Part shown: in pieces, positions 1 to 7,746 of the stretch
How the letters are laid out: every line of letters starts with the position of its first letter
How positions within the stretch are numbered: position 1 is the first letter of the stretch
NCBI GenBank assembly: GCA_964581135.1
Contig: CAZOMW010000001.1
Coordinates: 1-41,805 of the forward strand
Length of the DNA stretch: 41,805 nt
DNA from: an uncultured Oscillospiraceae bacterium
Lineage (GTDB): Bacteria; Bacillota; Clostridia; Saccharofermentanales; UBA5734
Reading direction: 5' to 3'
Translations under genes and position numbers: made by a program
The notes under the pieces: model-generated
Told to the model about the DNA's origin: nothing
The model's input: the letters and a program-made list of their open reading frames with translations, nothing else
Databases searched by the model: none

Positions 1-1497
1 CTTACGGATCTCGGTTACAACTTCCTTTCGGAGACAGATACGGAAGTAATCGGCCATCTTGTTGAGCATCATCTGGAAAAGCAGCCGCAGACGGATTTAC
101 TGGCAGCCGTTCGCGCCACCCTTGAAGATCTGGAGGGCTCTTATGCGCTCGCGGTTCTGAATGCAGCCGATCCCGATCAGTTAATCGCTGCCCGCAAAGA
201 CAGTCCTTTAATAATTGGTCTGGGTGAAGGCTGCAACTATATTGCTTCTGACATACCTGCGATTCTGTCCCGCACCCGTAACGTTATAATCATGGAAAAC
301 CGTGAAGTCGTGCGGGTAACGCAGGACAGAATTGAGCTCTGGGATGAGTTCGGCCGGTCTGTCGTACGTGAGCCGCTGCACGTGACCTGGGACAGTGAAG
401 CCGCGGAAAAAGGCGGTTACGAGCACTTCATGATGAAGGAGATACATGAGGAGCCACGTGCTGTGCGTGATACCATTTCACCGCGGATACGGGAAAATAC
501 CATTCGTTTTCCGGAAATTGATCTGGACAGCCTGTTACTGGGAATAGACCGGATCCGGATCATCGCTTGCGGCACCGCACTGCATGCCGGCATTGTCGGC
601 AAGTATTTGCTTGAAAAGCTGACCAGGATTCCAACTGAAGCAGACTATGCTTCGGAGTTTCGTTACCGCGATCCGATTGTCAGCGATAAAACCCTGGTTA
701 TTGTCATCAGCCAATCGGGTGAAACGCTGGATACACTGGCAGCGATGCGAGAAGCAAGCCAACGCGGCGGCCGCATCCTGGCCATTGTCAATGTCGTAGG
801 CAGTTCAATTGCCCGCGAGGCCGGTTCGGTTATCTATACAGGTGCCGGTCCGGAAATTTCCGTTGCTTCAACCAAAGCCTACAACACACAGCTGGCTGCC
901 TTGAGTCTGCTGGCAGTCGAGATCGGACACCGTAACGGCCACCTGGACGAGTCTGAATACGTGAGATATATCACCGAGCTTGAAAAACTGCCGGGAATTC
1001 TTGAGCAGACTCTGGCAGCCAAGGACGAAATCCAGCGCTTTGCGTCCCAGCACTTCAACGCGCGCAGCATTTTCTTTATGGGAAGAGGTCTGGATTATGC
1101 ACTGGCGATGGAGTCTTCGCTTAAGCTCAAGGAAATTTCCTACATCCATTCGGAAGCTTATCCTGCCGGAGAACTAAAGCACGGTACAATCGCATTGATT
1201 GAGCAGGGAACATTAGTTATCTGCCCTTTAACCCAACCTCAGCTTCTGGACAAAATGATCAGCAATATCCGTGAAGTCAAAGCCCGCGGAGCTGTTGTGA
1301 TGGGTATCGCTACACCTGCCTGTGAGCGCGCTCACGAGGTTTGTGACGTAGTAATCGGACTGCCGGAGGTCGATGCGGATTTTTCACCGATTGTCGCCAT
1401 AACTCCGGCGCAGATGTTCGCATATTATGTGACTGTCCATAAAGGCCTTGATGTGGATAAACCGCGTAATCTTGCTAAAAGCGTAACGGTTGAATAG
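1..1497 (+). CDS. glmS: Glutamine--fructose-6-phosphate aminotransferase (isomerising), 5'-truncated by the window edge
   Basis: Frame 1 is open from base 1 (LTDLGYNFLSETDTEVIGHLVEH...) and runs into track ORF 292..1497. SIS-domain motifs VIVISQSGETLDT and EISYIHSEAYPAGELKHGTIALI are present, with the typical C-terminal ...NLAKSVTVE. Stop TAG is at 1495-1497. Confidence 0.95.
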   Translation, partial: LTDLGYNFLSETDTEVIGHLVEHHLEKQPQTDLLAAVRATLEDLEGSYALAVLNAADPDQLIAARKDSPLIIGLGEGCNYIASDIPAILSRTRNVIIMENREVVRVTQDRIELWDEFGRSVVREPLHVTWDSEAAEKGGYEHFMMKEIHEEPRAVRDTISPRIRENTIRFPEIDLDSLLLGIDRIRIIACGTALHAGIVGKYLLEKLTRIPTEADYASEFRYRDPIVSDKTLVIVISQSGETLDTLAAMREASQRGGRILAIVNVVGSSIAREAGSVIYTGAGPEISVASTKAYNTQLAALSLLAVEIGHRNGHLDESEYVRYITELEKLPGILEQTLAAKDEIQRFASQHFNARSIFFMGRGLDYALAMESSLKLKEISYIHSEAYPAGELKHGTIALIEQGTLVICPLTQPQLLDKMISNIREVKARGAVVMGIATPACERAHEVCDVVIGLPEVDADFSPIVAITPAQMFAYYVTVHKGLDVDKPRNLAKSVTVE

Positions 1498-1507
1498 GGA
1501 GAAGAAT

Positions 1508-2194
1508 ATGCATACAGCGATAGAGATTGAGACACTGCTTGACTTAAGCCAAACCATAGCAGCGGGACTGTTCAAAGATTTAACCTATCCATGGGAAGCA
1601 CTGCCGAAACTGAAGGACTATATCCGTCAGCTGGGTTCTACATTGTCGCAAGAAGATTATGAGCAGCGTGGCGATGATATCTGGATTGCCCGCAGTGCCG
1701 TCGTAGCTCCGACTGCCAGCCTGGCCGGCCCGCTGATTATCTGTGCCGGAGCGGAAATCCGCCATTGTGCTTTTATCCGTGGCTCAGCCATAATCGGTGA
1801 GAACGCGGTTGTCGGCAACTCCACTGAAGTTAAGAACAGCTTGCTGTTCAACTATGTACAAGTGCCGCATTACAACTATGTAGGCGATTCAATTCTCGGT
1901 TATAAAGCCCATATGGGGGCCGGCTCAATTACATCCAACGTAAAAAGTGATAAGACACTTGTGTATGTGCCGTTTGGCGGCGAACATATTGAAACTGGTT
2001 TACGCAAGTTCGGTGCTGTTCTGGGTGACTTCGTGGAAGTAGGCTGCAACAGCGTGATGAACCCCGGCGCAGTTGTGGGTCGTCATTCTAATATTTACCC
2101 ATTGTCGAGCGTTCGTGGAGTGGTGCCGGATCACAGCATTTATAAATCAAGGTCCGAAATTGTTCACAAATACGAGAATGGGAGGCAGCCCTGA
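1508..2194 (+). CDS. Stand-alone left-handed beta-helix (hexapeptide-repeat) protein resembling the GlmU C-terminal / sugar-nucleotidyltransferase-associated LbH domain
   Basis: Repeated [LIV]-G-x-x-x-x hexapeptide pattern (IIGENAVVGNSTEVKNSLLFNYVQVPHYNYVGDSILGYKAHMGAGSITSNV...VLGDFVEVGCNSVMNPGAVVG). I prefer ATG 1508 over the track TTG 1490 because GGGAGA lies 5 nt upstream. The gene abuts the glmS stop. Confidence 0.75.
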   Translation: MHTAIEIETLLDLSQTIAAGLFKDLTYPWEALPKLKDYIRQLGSTLSQEDYEQRGDDIWIARSAVVAPTASLAGPLIICAGAEIRHCAFIRGSAIIGENAVVGNSTEVKNSLLFNYVQVPHYNYVGDSILGYKAHMGAGSITSNVKSDKTLVYVPFGGEHIETGLRKFGAVLGDFVEVGCNSVMNPGAVVGRHSNIYPLSSVRGVVPDHSIYKSRSEIVHKYENGRQP

Positions 2195-2217
2195 TTATTA
2201 TCGAGGCAGGTAACCGG

Positions 2218-2733
2218 ATGACAGCTATTGAACGCCGGGAAGAAATTGCGGCTTTACTGGAAAACTCATCAGAACCCATCAGCGCCGGTACGCTGGCGCT
2301 GAAATTTTCTGTCAGCCGCCAGATAATTGTTGGTGACATAGCTTTATTGCGGGCAGCCGGCACTGACATTCAGGCAACCCCGCGCGGTTACGTAATGCAA
2401 CGGACTGATCTGGAAGGCTACGTCGGTACAGTTGCCTGCCGCCACGGGCGCGAGGAGCTGCGGGCGGAACTATACGCGATCATTGACAACGGTGGCAGCG
2501 TCCTTGATGTAATTGTCGAACACCCTATATACGGTCAGTTGATTGGTCAGCTGCACCTGTTTTCACGTCATGATGTTGATGATTTTGTCGAGCAGCTTGA
2601 ATCAACGCAGAGCAATCCATTATCGGAGGTAACAGATGGTATTCATCTGCACACCATCCGCTGTCAGGATAAAACTGCCTTTGCCAGGATTATCAGAGCA
2701 CTGACAAAACTTGATGTTATCTACAAAGAATGA
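2218..2733 (+). CDS. niaR: NiaR (YrxA/NadR-type) niacin-responsive transcription repressor, HTH_11 + 3H domain
   Basis: N-terminal ERREEIAALLENSSEPISAGTLALKFSVSRQIIVGDIALLRAAG HTH, followed by a His-rich 3H-type C-domain (CRHGREEL...VEHPIYGQL...GIHLHTI). The size of 171 aa is typical. Confidence 0.88.
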   Translation: MTAIERREEIAALLENSSEPISAGTLALKFSVSRQIIVGDIALLRAAGTDIQATPRGYVMQRTDLEGYVGTVACRHGREELRAELYAIIDNGGSVLDVIVEHPIYGQLIGQLHLFSRHDVDDFVEQLESTQSNPLSEVTDGIHLHTIRCQDKTAFARIIRALTKLDVIYKE

Positions 2734-2830
2734 AGCTCAATGGGATAAAATTATCTTTGCAGAGGATCTCAGCTTAGTTATTTCGAATGACAATCCAAAA
2801 TAAATCCCAAAATAAATATATAGAATTTTC

Positions 2831-2859
2831 TTGACAGTTATTGTGCAGTTTACTAGAAT
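2831..2859 (+). promoter_or_regulatory. Sigma-A-type promoter for the downstream transporter gene
   Basis: TTGACA (2831-2836), a 17-nt spacer, then TAGAAT (2854-2859). It lies about 150 nt upstream of ATG 3006. Confidence 0.55.
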
Positions 2860-2862
2860 GGT

Positions 2863-2890
2863 CAAGACAGGTGTCATGACACTTGCCTTG
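2863..2890. promoter_or_regulatory. 28-bp imperfect palindrome, candidate NiaR operator
   Basis: caagacaggtgtca|tgacacttgccttg: 12 of 14 arm positions are symmetric, with core ACAGGTGTCATGACAC. It starts 4 nt after the -10 box, a repressor-type position, and lies directly downstream of niaR. Confidence 0.6.
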
Positions 2891-3005
2891 ACTGCAAAAA
2901 AACTGCGCCGCGATTTTTACTGAGAAACAATTAGCTGAAAGCTGTCGGAAATATAGGCAGTACACCACTGGAAATTTATTTTTCACTTACTGAAAGGTTG
3001 ATTTA

Positions 3006-3578
3006 ATGAGAAACAACAGACTGTATCAGATGCTGCTTGCTGCAATGCTTAGTGCCATCGGCATAATTATTCCCCTGTTTTCACCAGTAAAAATTTTGCT
3101 GGAGCCGGCTTCCTTTACTTTGGCAAGTCATGTAGCGATATATGTCGCCATGTTTATTTCGCCGGGGGTGGCGCTTTCAGTTGCGGTTGGTACCACTTTA
3201 GGCTTCCTGCTGGCTGCTTTTCCGCCAGTTGTCGTAGTACGTGCGGCCTCTCATCTGATCTTCACTGCTGTCGGTTCTTTAGTGATAAAGAAAAACCCCA
3301 AACTAATTGATCAGACAGGTCCAATGGTGATTTTTGCGTTATTAATCAGCTTGCTGCATGCAACCACTGAAATGCTAGTGGTAATGCCGTTCTATTTCGG
3401 CGGTGCTATGACAACAGCTTATTATGCTAAAGGCTTTGTAACCTCGATTATCCTGTTGGTGGGTTTAGGCACAGTTGTTCACAGCCTGATTGATTTTGCG
3501 ATTGCGCGTGTTGTCTGGCAGCCTCTGCGCAAAATAATCAACGGTCGAAATCAAAGCAGAAGTAGAAAAACCATTTAA
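3006..3578 (+). CDS. Small 6-TM membrane protein, probable vitamin (niacin/NAD-precursor) uptake component, ECF S-component-like
   Basis: 190 aa with six hydrophobic segments and a basic C-terminal tail (NGRNQSRSRKTI). It sits behind the promoter and palindrome next to niaR. The family assignment is inferred from context and topology only. Confidence 0.6.
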   Translation: MRNNRLYQMLLAAMLSAIGIIIPLFSPVKILLEPASFTLASHVAIYVAMFISPGVALSVAVGTTLGFLLAAFPPVVVVRAASHLIFTAVGSLVIKKNPKLIDQTGPMVIFALLISLLHATTEMLVVMPFYFGGAMTTAYYAKGFVTSIILLVGLGTVVHSLIDFAIARVVWQPLRKIINGRNQSRSRKTI

Positions 3579-3618
3579 AAACCTTCTCGATTATTACTCA
3601 CCTGAATTAACCAGAAAC

Positions 3619-3650
3619 AAAACAGCCGGCGAAGATATCGTCGGCTGTTT
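3619..3650. terminator. Bidirectional intrinsic terminator between convergent genes
   Basis: aaacagccg-gcgaagatatcgt-cggctgttt hairpin. It is flanked by an A-run upstream and T-rich sequence downstream, and the minus-strand reading gives stem + ttttgtttc. It lies between the stops at 3578 (+) and 3731 (-). Confidence 0.7.
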
Positions 3651-3730
3651 CAACTTCGGCTGAGTCGAATGACATAAGCCAAATAAATATTCTCTTTCCA
3701 GTGTTGTTGATCAGATCAACCTTTTTTCAG

Positions 3731-5062
3731 TTAACCAACATAAGACATTGGGTTTTTGGTTGAACCGCCTGAACGTACTTCAAAGTGCAGATGCGGGCCG
3801 GTGGATGTACCGGTGCTGCCGCAAGTTCCGATCCGGTCACCGGCGCTGACTGACTGTCCGCTTTTTACCAACGTCTCTTTCATGTGTCCATATAAGGTGG
3901 ATAAGCCGCCGGCATGGGCAATAACGACGTAGTTGCCGTAGCCGGAACCGCCTTTGTTGCGGCCTTGAACGGGATTACTGACTAGAATTACGGTACCGTC
4001 ACGTGCGGCCACAATCGGGTTGCCATAACTGCCGCCGAGGTCTACCCCTGAATGAAAACGGCGGACCCGGTAAATCGGATGAATGCGCCAGCCGTAAGGA
4101 GAATATACCCGCTTGTCGCCGGGATATGGCCAGAACCAGCCGCGACTGTTAGCGCTGTTCTCAGGCTTTGACACAGATTGCTTTGTATTATTCTTTTCTT
4201 TTTCTCTGGCTGCTTTGGCTGCAGCGCTTGCCTGCGCAGCCGCAGTTGCTTTGGCAGCAGCTGTTGCCTTCGCGGAAAGCTCCGCTTCCAGCTTTTGCTG
4301 TAAAGCGGTTATTTCACCATCCAGACGCAAAGCTTCCTGATTAAGGGCTTCCTCGTCCTTAGCTGCTCTGCTCATTTGCAGTTGGATAGATTCAAGCTCC
4401 GCAAGTGTAGATGTTTCCTGCTTCTGTAGTGCTGCCAGCTGAGCTTCGATTTGCTCAACCACAATAGTCATGTCTTCTGTTGTCTTTTCAGCAACCTGCT
4501 GCTGCAAGTCGGCGTTATCCTGAGCAGTCTTAAGATCATCGATCATAAGCTTGTCGGATTCGGCTACCAGAGACATAAACTGGATTGTAGTGAAAAAGTT
4601 TTTGACATTGCCGGCTTCAATGAAAATCTGCAGATAAGATTTTTGCCGGCGTGAGAACATCGTTTGCAAACGGGAACGGTATTGCTCCTGCTTGGCGGCC
4701 AGATTATCACAGGCATCGATGTAAGCCTGGTTGGCTGCTGCCATTTCCGAAATCGCAGCTGCTAATTGAGCTGATTTATCAATAAATTGCTGACGTTGTT
4801 CTTCAGAACGGTCGTTCAACCAGTCAAGCCGGCCGCTGACCTTGTTTTTACTGTTAGCGAGTTGTGCGCTTTCCTGCTCAATCCGGGCAAGCTTATCTGT
4901 CAGTGATGCCTGGTTCTGACGGGCTTTCTCAAGCTGTGCGGATGTGGATTGGGCGTAAACGGGTGTTATGGCGGTAAATTCCAGCGTCAGTCCCATTGCC
5001 ATAATCAGACAAAGGACAAAGGCTGCAAACCGAATTTTAATGGTGCTCCGGTTCGTATGCAT
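3731..5062 (-). CDS. Secreted coiled-coil M23 (LytM-type) peptidoglycan metalloendopeptidase
   Basis: The C-terminal M23 domain has an intact HxxxD (FHSGVDLGG) and HxH (GPHLHFEV). The N-terminal signal/anchor is IRFAAFVLCLIMAMGLTLEFTAITPVYA|Q. A Q/E/A-rich coiled coil of about 280 aa and an Ala-rich linker (KATAAAKATAAAQASAAAKAA) follow. The start is moved to ATG 5062 (MHTNRST) because AAGGAGAT lies 9 nt upstream. Confidence 0.9.
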   Translation of the reverse strand: MHTNRSTIKIRFAAFVLCLIMAMGLTLEFTAITPVYAQSTSAQLEKARQNQASLTDKLARIEQESAQLANSKNKVSGRLDWLNDRSEEQRQQFIDKSAQLAAAISEMAAANQAYIDACDNLAAKQEQYRSRLQTMFSRRQKSYLQIFIEAGNVKNFFTTIQFMSLVAESDKLMIDDLKTAQDNADLQQQVAEKTTEDMTIVVEQIEAQLAALQKQETSTLAELESIQLQMSRAAKDEEALNQEALRLDGEITALQQKLEAELSAKATAAAKATAAAQASAAAKAAREKEKNNTKQSVSKPENSANSRGWFWPYPGDKRVYSPYGWRIHPIYRVRRFHSGVDLGGSYGNPIVAARDGTVILVSNPVQGRNKGGSGYGNYVVIAHAGGLSTLYGHMKETLVKSGQSVSAGDRIGTCGSTGTSTGPHLHFEVRSGGSTKNPMSYVG

Positions 5063-5304
5063 GATAAAGGGATCTCCTTGCTTTAACTGTGCAGTCTCCT
5101 CACAGTTTACGTAAAGTGCCAACTTCTGATGTCAACTAGAATTTTCCTTCATCCGGATTGATATGTCAAGGAATTGATAGTTGTTCCGGCAAAGTGAAGC
5201 CATGTGTCACTGAAAAGTAATCACACTGCAACAATTGGTCAGAAAATACAGCCGACTTTTAGATCGTTACAATTTTTGAAATGGCTGAAGTGGTACACTG
5301 TTAG

Positions 5305-5313
5305 TGCTATAAT
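5305..5313 (+). promoter_or_regulatory. Extended -10 promoter element (TGcTATAAT) upstream of the 5423 gene cluster
   Basis: tgctataat at 5305-5313. No good -35 lies at 17 nt, and the element is about 110 nt upstream of ATG 5423. Confidence 0.4.
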
Positions 5314-5320
5314 ATTTGAC

Positions 5321-5356
5321 ATTGATTAATTATTCGGGCAACAGATATTAATCGAT
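5321..5356. promoter_or_regulatory. Inverted repeat ATTGATTAAT-N16-ATTAATCGAT, candidate operator
   Basis: 10-bp arms with one mismatch, starting 8 nt downstream of the TATAAT box. This is the only obvious dyad in the 5' leader of the regulator-less cluster. Confidence 0.35.
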
Positions 5357-5422
5357 TATCATTACAACTAAACAGCAAAAAAAATTAAAGAGCTGAGAAA
5401 GCCAGACGAGAAGGAGAATACC

Positions 5423-6199
5423 ATGAACGATTCTTTTATTAAACAGTTTTCACTCGACGGAAAAACAGCGATTGTTACAGGCGCGGCCAAAACCTCAGGC
5501 CTCTGCTACGGAATGGCAAAAGCTTTGCATGATGCTGGAGCGTCAGTTGTTTTGATGGATGTTTCGCCTGAAGTTTTTGAGCTGCAAAAGTTTATGGGCG
5601 GTGAAGAAAACCGTTATTATGCTGTACAGGCAGATCTCTGTGATGAAGAAAATATGGCAACCGGCTTCAACAAGGCTGTGGAGCTGCTTGGCGGCAGACT
5701 TGACATTCTGCTCAACGGTGCCGGACTGCAGTACCGCGAAGATGCGATTGATTTCCCTTCGGAAAAATGGCACCAGATTATTGATGTAAACCTGACAGCC
5801 ATTTTCCTGCTGAGCCAGATGGCTGCCCGCGTTATGATTCCACAGGGCGGCGGTAAAATCATCAACATTGCTTCGATGACGTCTTTTGTTGCCAGCCGCC
5901 GGATTCCTGCATACGCTGCCAGTAAGGGTGGAGTTATGCAGCTGACAAAAGCGCTCTCCAACGAATGGTGTATTAAAGGCGTTAATGTTAATGCGATTGC
6001 TCCGGGTTATATGGCGACGGAACTTACTGCCAATCTGATCAATACCGATCTGGGCAAAATGACGACAGCGCGTATTGCTGCCGGCCGCTGGGGCAAACCT
6101 GAGGATCTGGCCGGTGCCGTTGTATTCCTGGCTTCACCTGCTTCCGATTATATCAGCGGCGCCATTCTGCCTGTGGATGGCGGTTATCTTGGATTATAA
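5423..6199 (+). CDS. SDR-family oxidoreductase, KduD / gluconate-5-dehydrogenase-like
   Basis: TGAAKTSGLCYG cofactor loop, NGAG, catalytic S...YAASK and the PG motif (IAPGYMATE). RBS GAAGGAGAA. Confidence 0.9.
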   Translation: MNDSFIKQFSLDGKTAIVTGAAKTSGLCYGMAKALHDAGASVVLMDVSPEVFELQKFMGGEENRYYAVQADLCDEENMATGFNKAVELLGGRLDILLNGAGLQYREDAIDFPSEKWHQIIDVNLTAIFLLSQMAARVMIPQGGGKIINIASMTSFVASRRIPAYAASKGGVMQLTKALSNEWCIKGVNVNAIAPGYMATELTANLINTDLGKMTTARIAAGRWGKPEDLAGAVVFLASPASDYISGAILPVDGGYLGL

Positions 6200-6223
6200 C
6201 AGCAACAGGCAAAGGAATTTGAT

Positions 6224-6724
6224 ATGAACAAGGATACAGTTTACATTGGCAACGACCATGGCGGCTACGAAACAAAGGTTCAGATCCTAAAATATCTGGA
6301 CGAACTGGGCATCCCCTATATTGATTTCGGCGGTCATTCCAGCGAAATCGTTCGCTATCCTTATTATGCCGCCCAGGTGGCAAGTGCTGTTTCCACTGGC
6401 AAGGCCAGCCGCGGTATTTTGATCTGCTCTACTGGCATAGGCATGAGTATCATGGCTAATAAATACCCGAATGTCCGCGCTTCCGTGTGCACGAGCCACT
6501 ATATGGGCAAGATTACCCGGGCGCACAATAATTCCAACATTCTCTGCCTCGGCGGTAAAATCACCGGCATTTTTGAAATTTTTGATATTCTGGATGCCTG
6601 GCTTAACACCGATTATGAAGGCGGCAGACATGATATCTCGCTTGGTCTGCTGGCGGAAGCTGAGGGCTGTCTGGCACAAGGCTGTGAATGGGAACCGGCA
6701 GTTCCGGAAGAAGGCAGACAATAG
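6224..6724 (+). CDS. rpiB: RpiB/LacA/LacB-family sugar-phosphate isomerase
   Basis: IGNDHGGYETK, ICSTGIGMSIMANK, HNNSNILCLGG and EGGRH motifs. A C-terminal tail of about 15 aa extends beyond the usual end. Confidence 0.88.
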   Translation: MNKDTVYIGNDHGGYETKVQILKYLDELGIPYIDFGGHSSEIVRYPYYAAQVASAVSTGKASRGILICSTGIGMSIMANKYPNVRASVCTSHYMGKITRAHNNSNILCLGGKITGIFEIFDILDAWLNTDYEGGRHDISLGLLAEAEGCLAQGCEWEPAVPEEGRQ

Positions 6725-6746
6725 CTGTAAACCGGCAGTTCCGGAA
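6693..6746 (+). repeat. 17-bp perfect direct repeat (aaccggcagttccggaa) x2, 37 nt apart, straddling the rpiB stop
   Basis: The copies are at 6693-6709 and 6730-6746, each preceded by gctgt. Confidence 0.9.
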
Positions 6747-6796
6747 AAATTAAAGCGAGAATTTTCAGCCTGGTTTGGCGGTATGGAGGTCAATAA

Positions 6797-7726
6797 ATGA
6801 CAAAAATCGCGATCATCGGCACCGGACAGATTGCGACCAGCATGGCGGTATTATTTACTGGAAACGGGCACCCCTGTTGGCTGGTTTCACGTTCAGAAGC
6901 CAGCAGTGAGCGGGCTCTGCAGGATTACAAAGATTATTTCGCTGACCTGAACAAAAATGGTCTGGTAAGTGCAGAACAGGCTGAACGCTGCCGGGATTTA
7001 CTGACAATTACCAGAGATATCAGAGAAATCAGCGACGCTGATTTTATTATTGAAGCAGTCGTTGAAAAACTCTCAGTCAAACACGATACCTACCGGCAAA
7101 TCGAAGGAATCTGCCGACCGGAAGTCGTAATTGCTTCAGTTACCTCAGGCATACCGCCCGAACAGCTTGACAGCGAAATGACACATCCGGAACGCCTCGT
7201 GGTGGCGCACCCTTTCATGCCTCCCCATCTGGTACCGTGTATCGAAATAGTCCGCGGTACGAATACCTCTGACAAAACAGTTGAAGGCACTATCGAACTG
7301 TTTGAATCTGTCGGCCGTACAGTGGTTGTTCTGAAAAAGAGTGTGTCCGGTTTTATTGCTAATCGCTTGCAGTATGCCATGCTTCGCGAGGCGGTTTATC
7401 TGATTCAGGAGGGTGTAACAACTGCGGAAGATATCGACCGTACCCTGATGACAAGCTTTGGCCCCCGTTATTCAAACATCGGACTATTCGAGCATATGGA
7501 AAATGCCGGTCTGGATCTTTGCGCCAGTATTCAGGAATATCTGTTGCCGTTGCTTAGTGTCGAACAGACAGTACAACCGGCTATCGCGGAAAAGGTAGCT
7601 GCCGGCGATCTTGGCAGTAAAACCGGCCGCGGCTTTCTGGACTGGAAAAACACAGATATGGCGGAATTCCGGCTGCGCCGCAGTGAGCCGTATTTCAGGT
7701 TCTTTAACTGGAAACTGCCGGAGTAA
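6797..7726 (+). CDS. 3-hydroxyacyl-CoA dehydrogenase-family NAD-dependent dehydrogenase (L-gulonate/L-carnitine 3-dehydrogenase-like)
   Basis: N-terminal Rossmann IAIIGTGQIATSMA, the central VAHPFMPPHL...EIV segment and a C-terminal helical domain. 309 aa. Confidence 0.85.
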   Translation: MTKIAIIGTGQIATSMAVLFTGNGHPCWLVSRSEASSERALQDYKDYFADLNKNGLVSAEQAERCRDLLTITRDIREISDADFIIEAVVEKLSVKHDTYRQIEGICRPEVVIASVTSGIPPEQLDSEMTHPERLVVAHPFMPPHLVPCIEIVRGTNTSDKTVEGTIELFESVGRTVVVLKKSVSGFIANRLQYAMLREAVYLIQEGVTTAEDIDRTLMTSFGPRYSNIGLFEHMENAGLDLCASIQEYLLPLLSVEQTVQPAIAEKVAAGDLGSKTGRGFLDWKNTDMAEFRLRRSEPYFRFFNWKLPE

Positions 7727-7746
7727 ATTAATCTTCAGGAGACTTA

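Noticed and set aside
1-300. glmS ribozyme/riboswitch
   Set aside because: The ribozyme lies upstream of the glmS start codon. The window begins inside the coding region, so it cannot be assessed here.
2774-2986. 70-aa minus-strand ORF in the niaR-transporter intergenic region
   Set aside because: It overlaps the predicted promoter and operator, and it has no RBS and no recognisable features. The region is better explained as regulatory DNA.
4195-4290. Repetitive gcagc/gctgc-rich DNA
   Set aside because: It encodes the Ala-rich linker (AKATAAAKATAAAQASAAAKAA) of the M23 peptidase on the minus strand. The plus-strand ORF 4113..4340 is a shadow frame.
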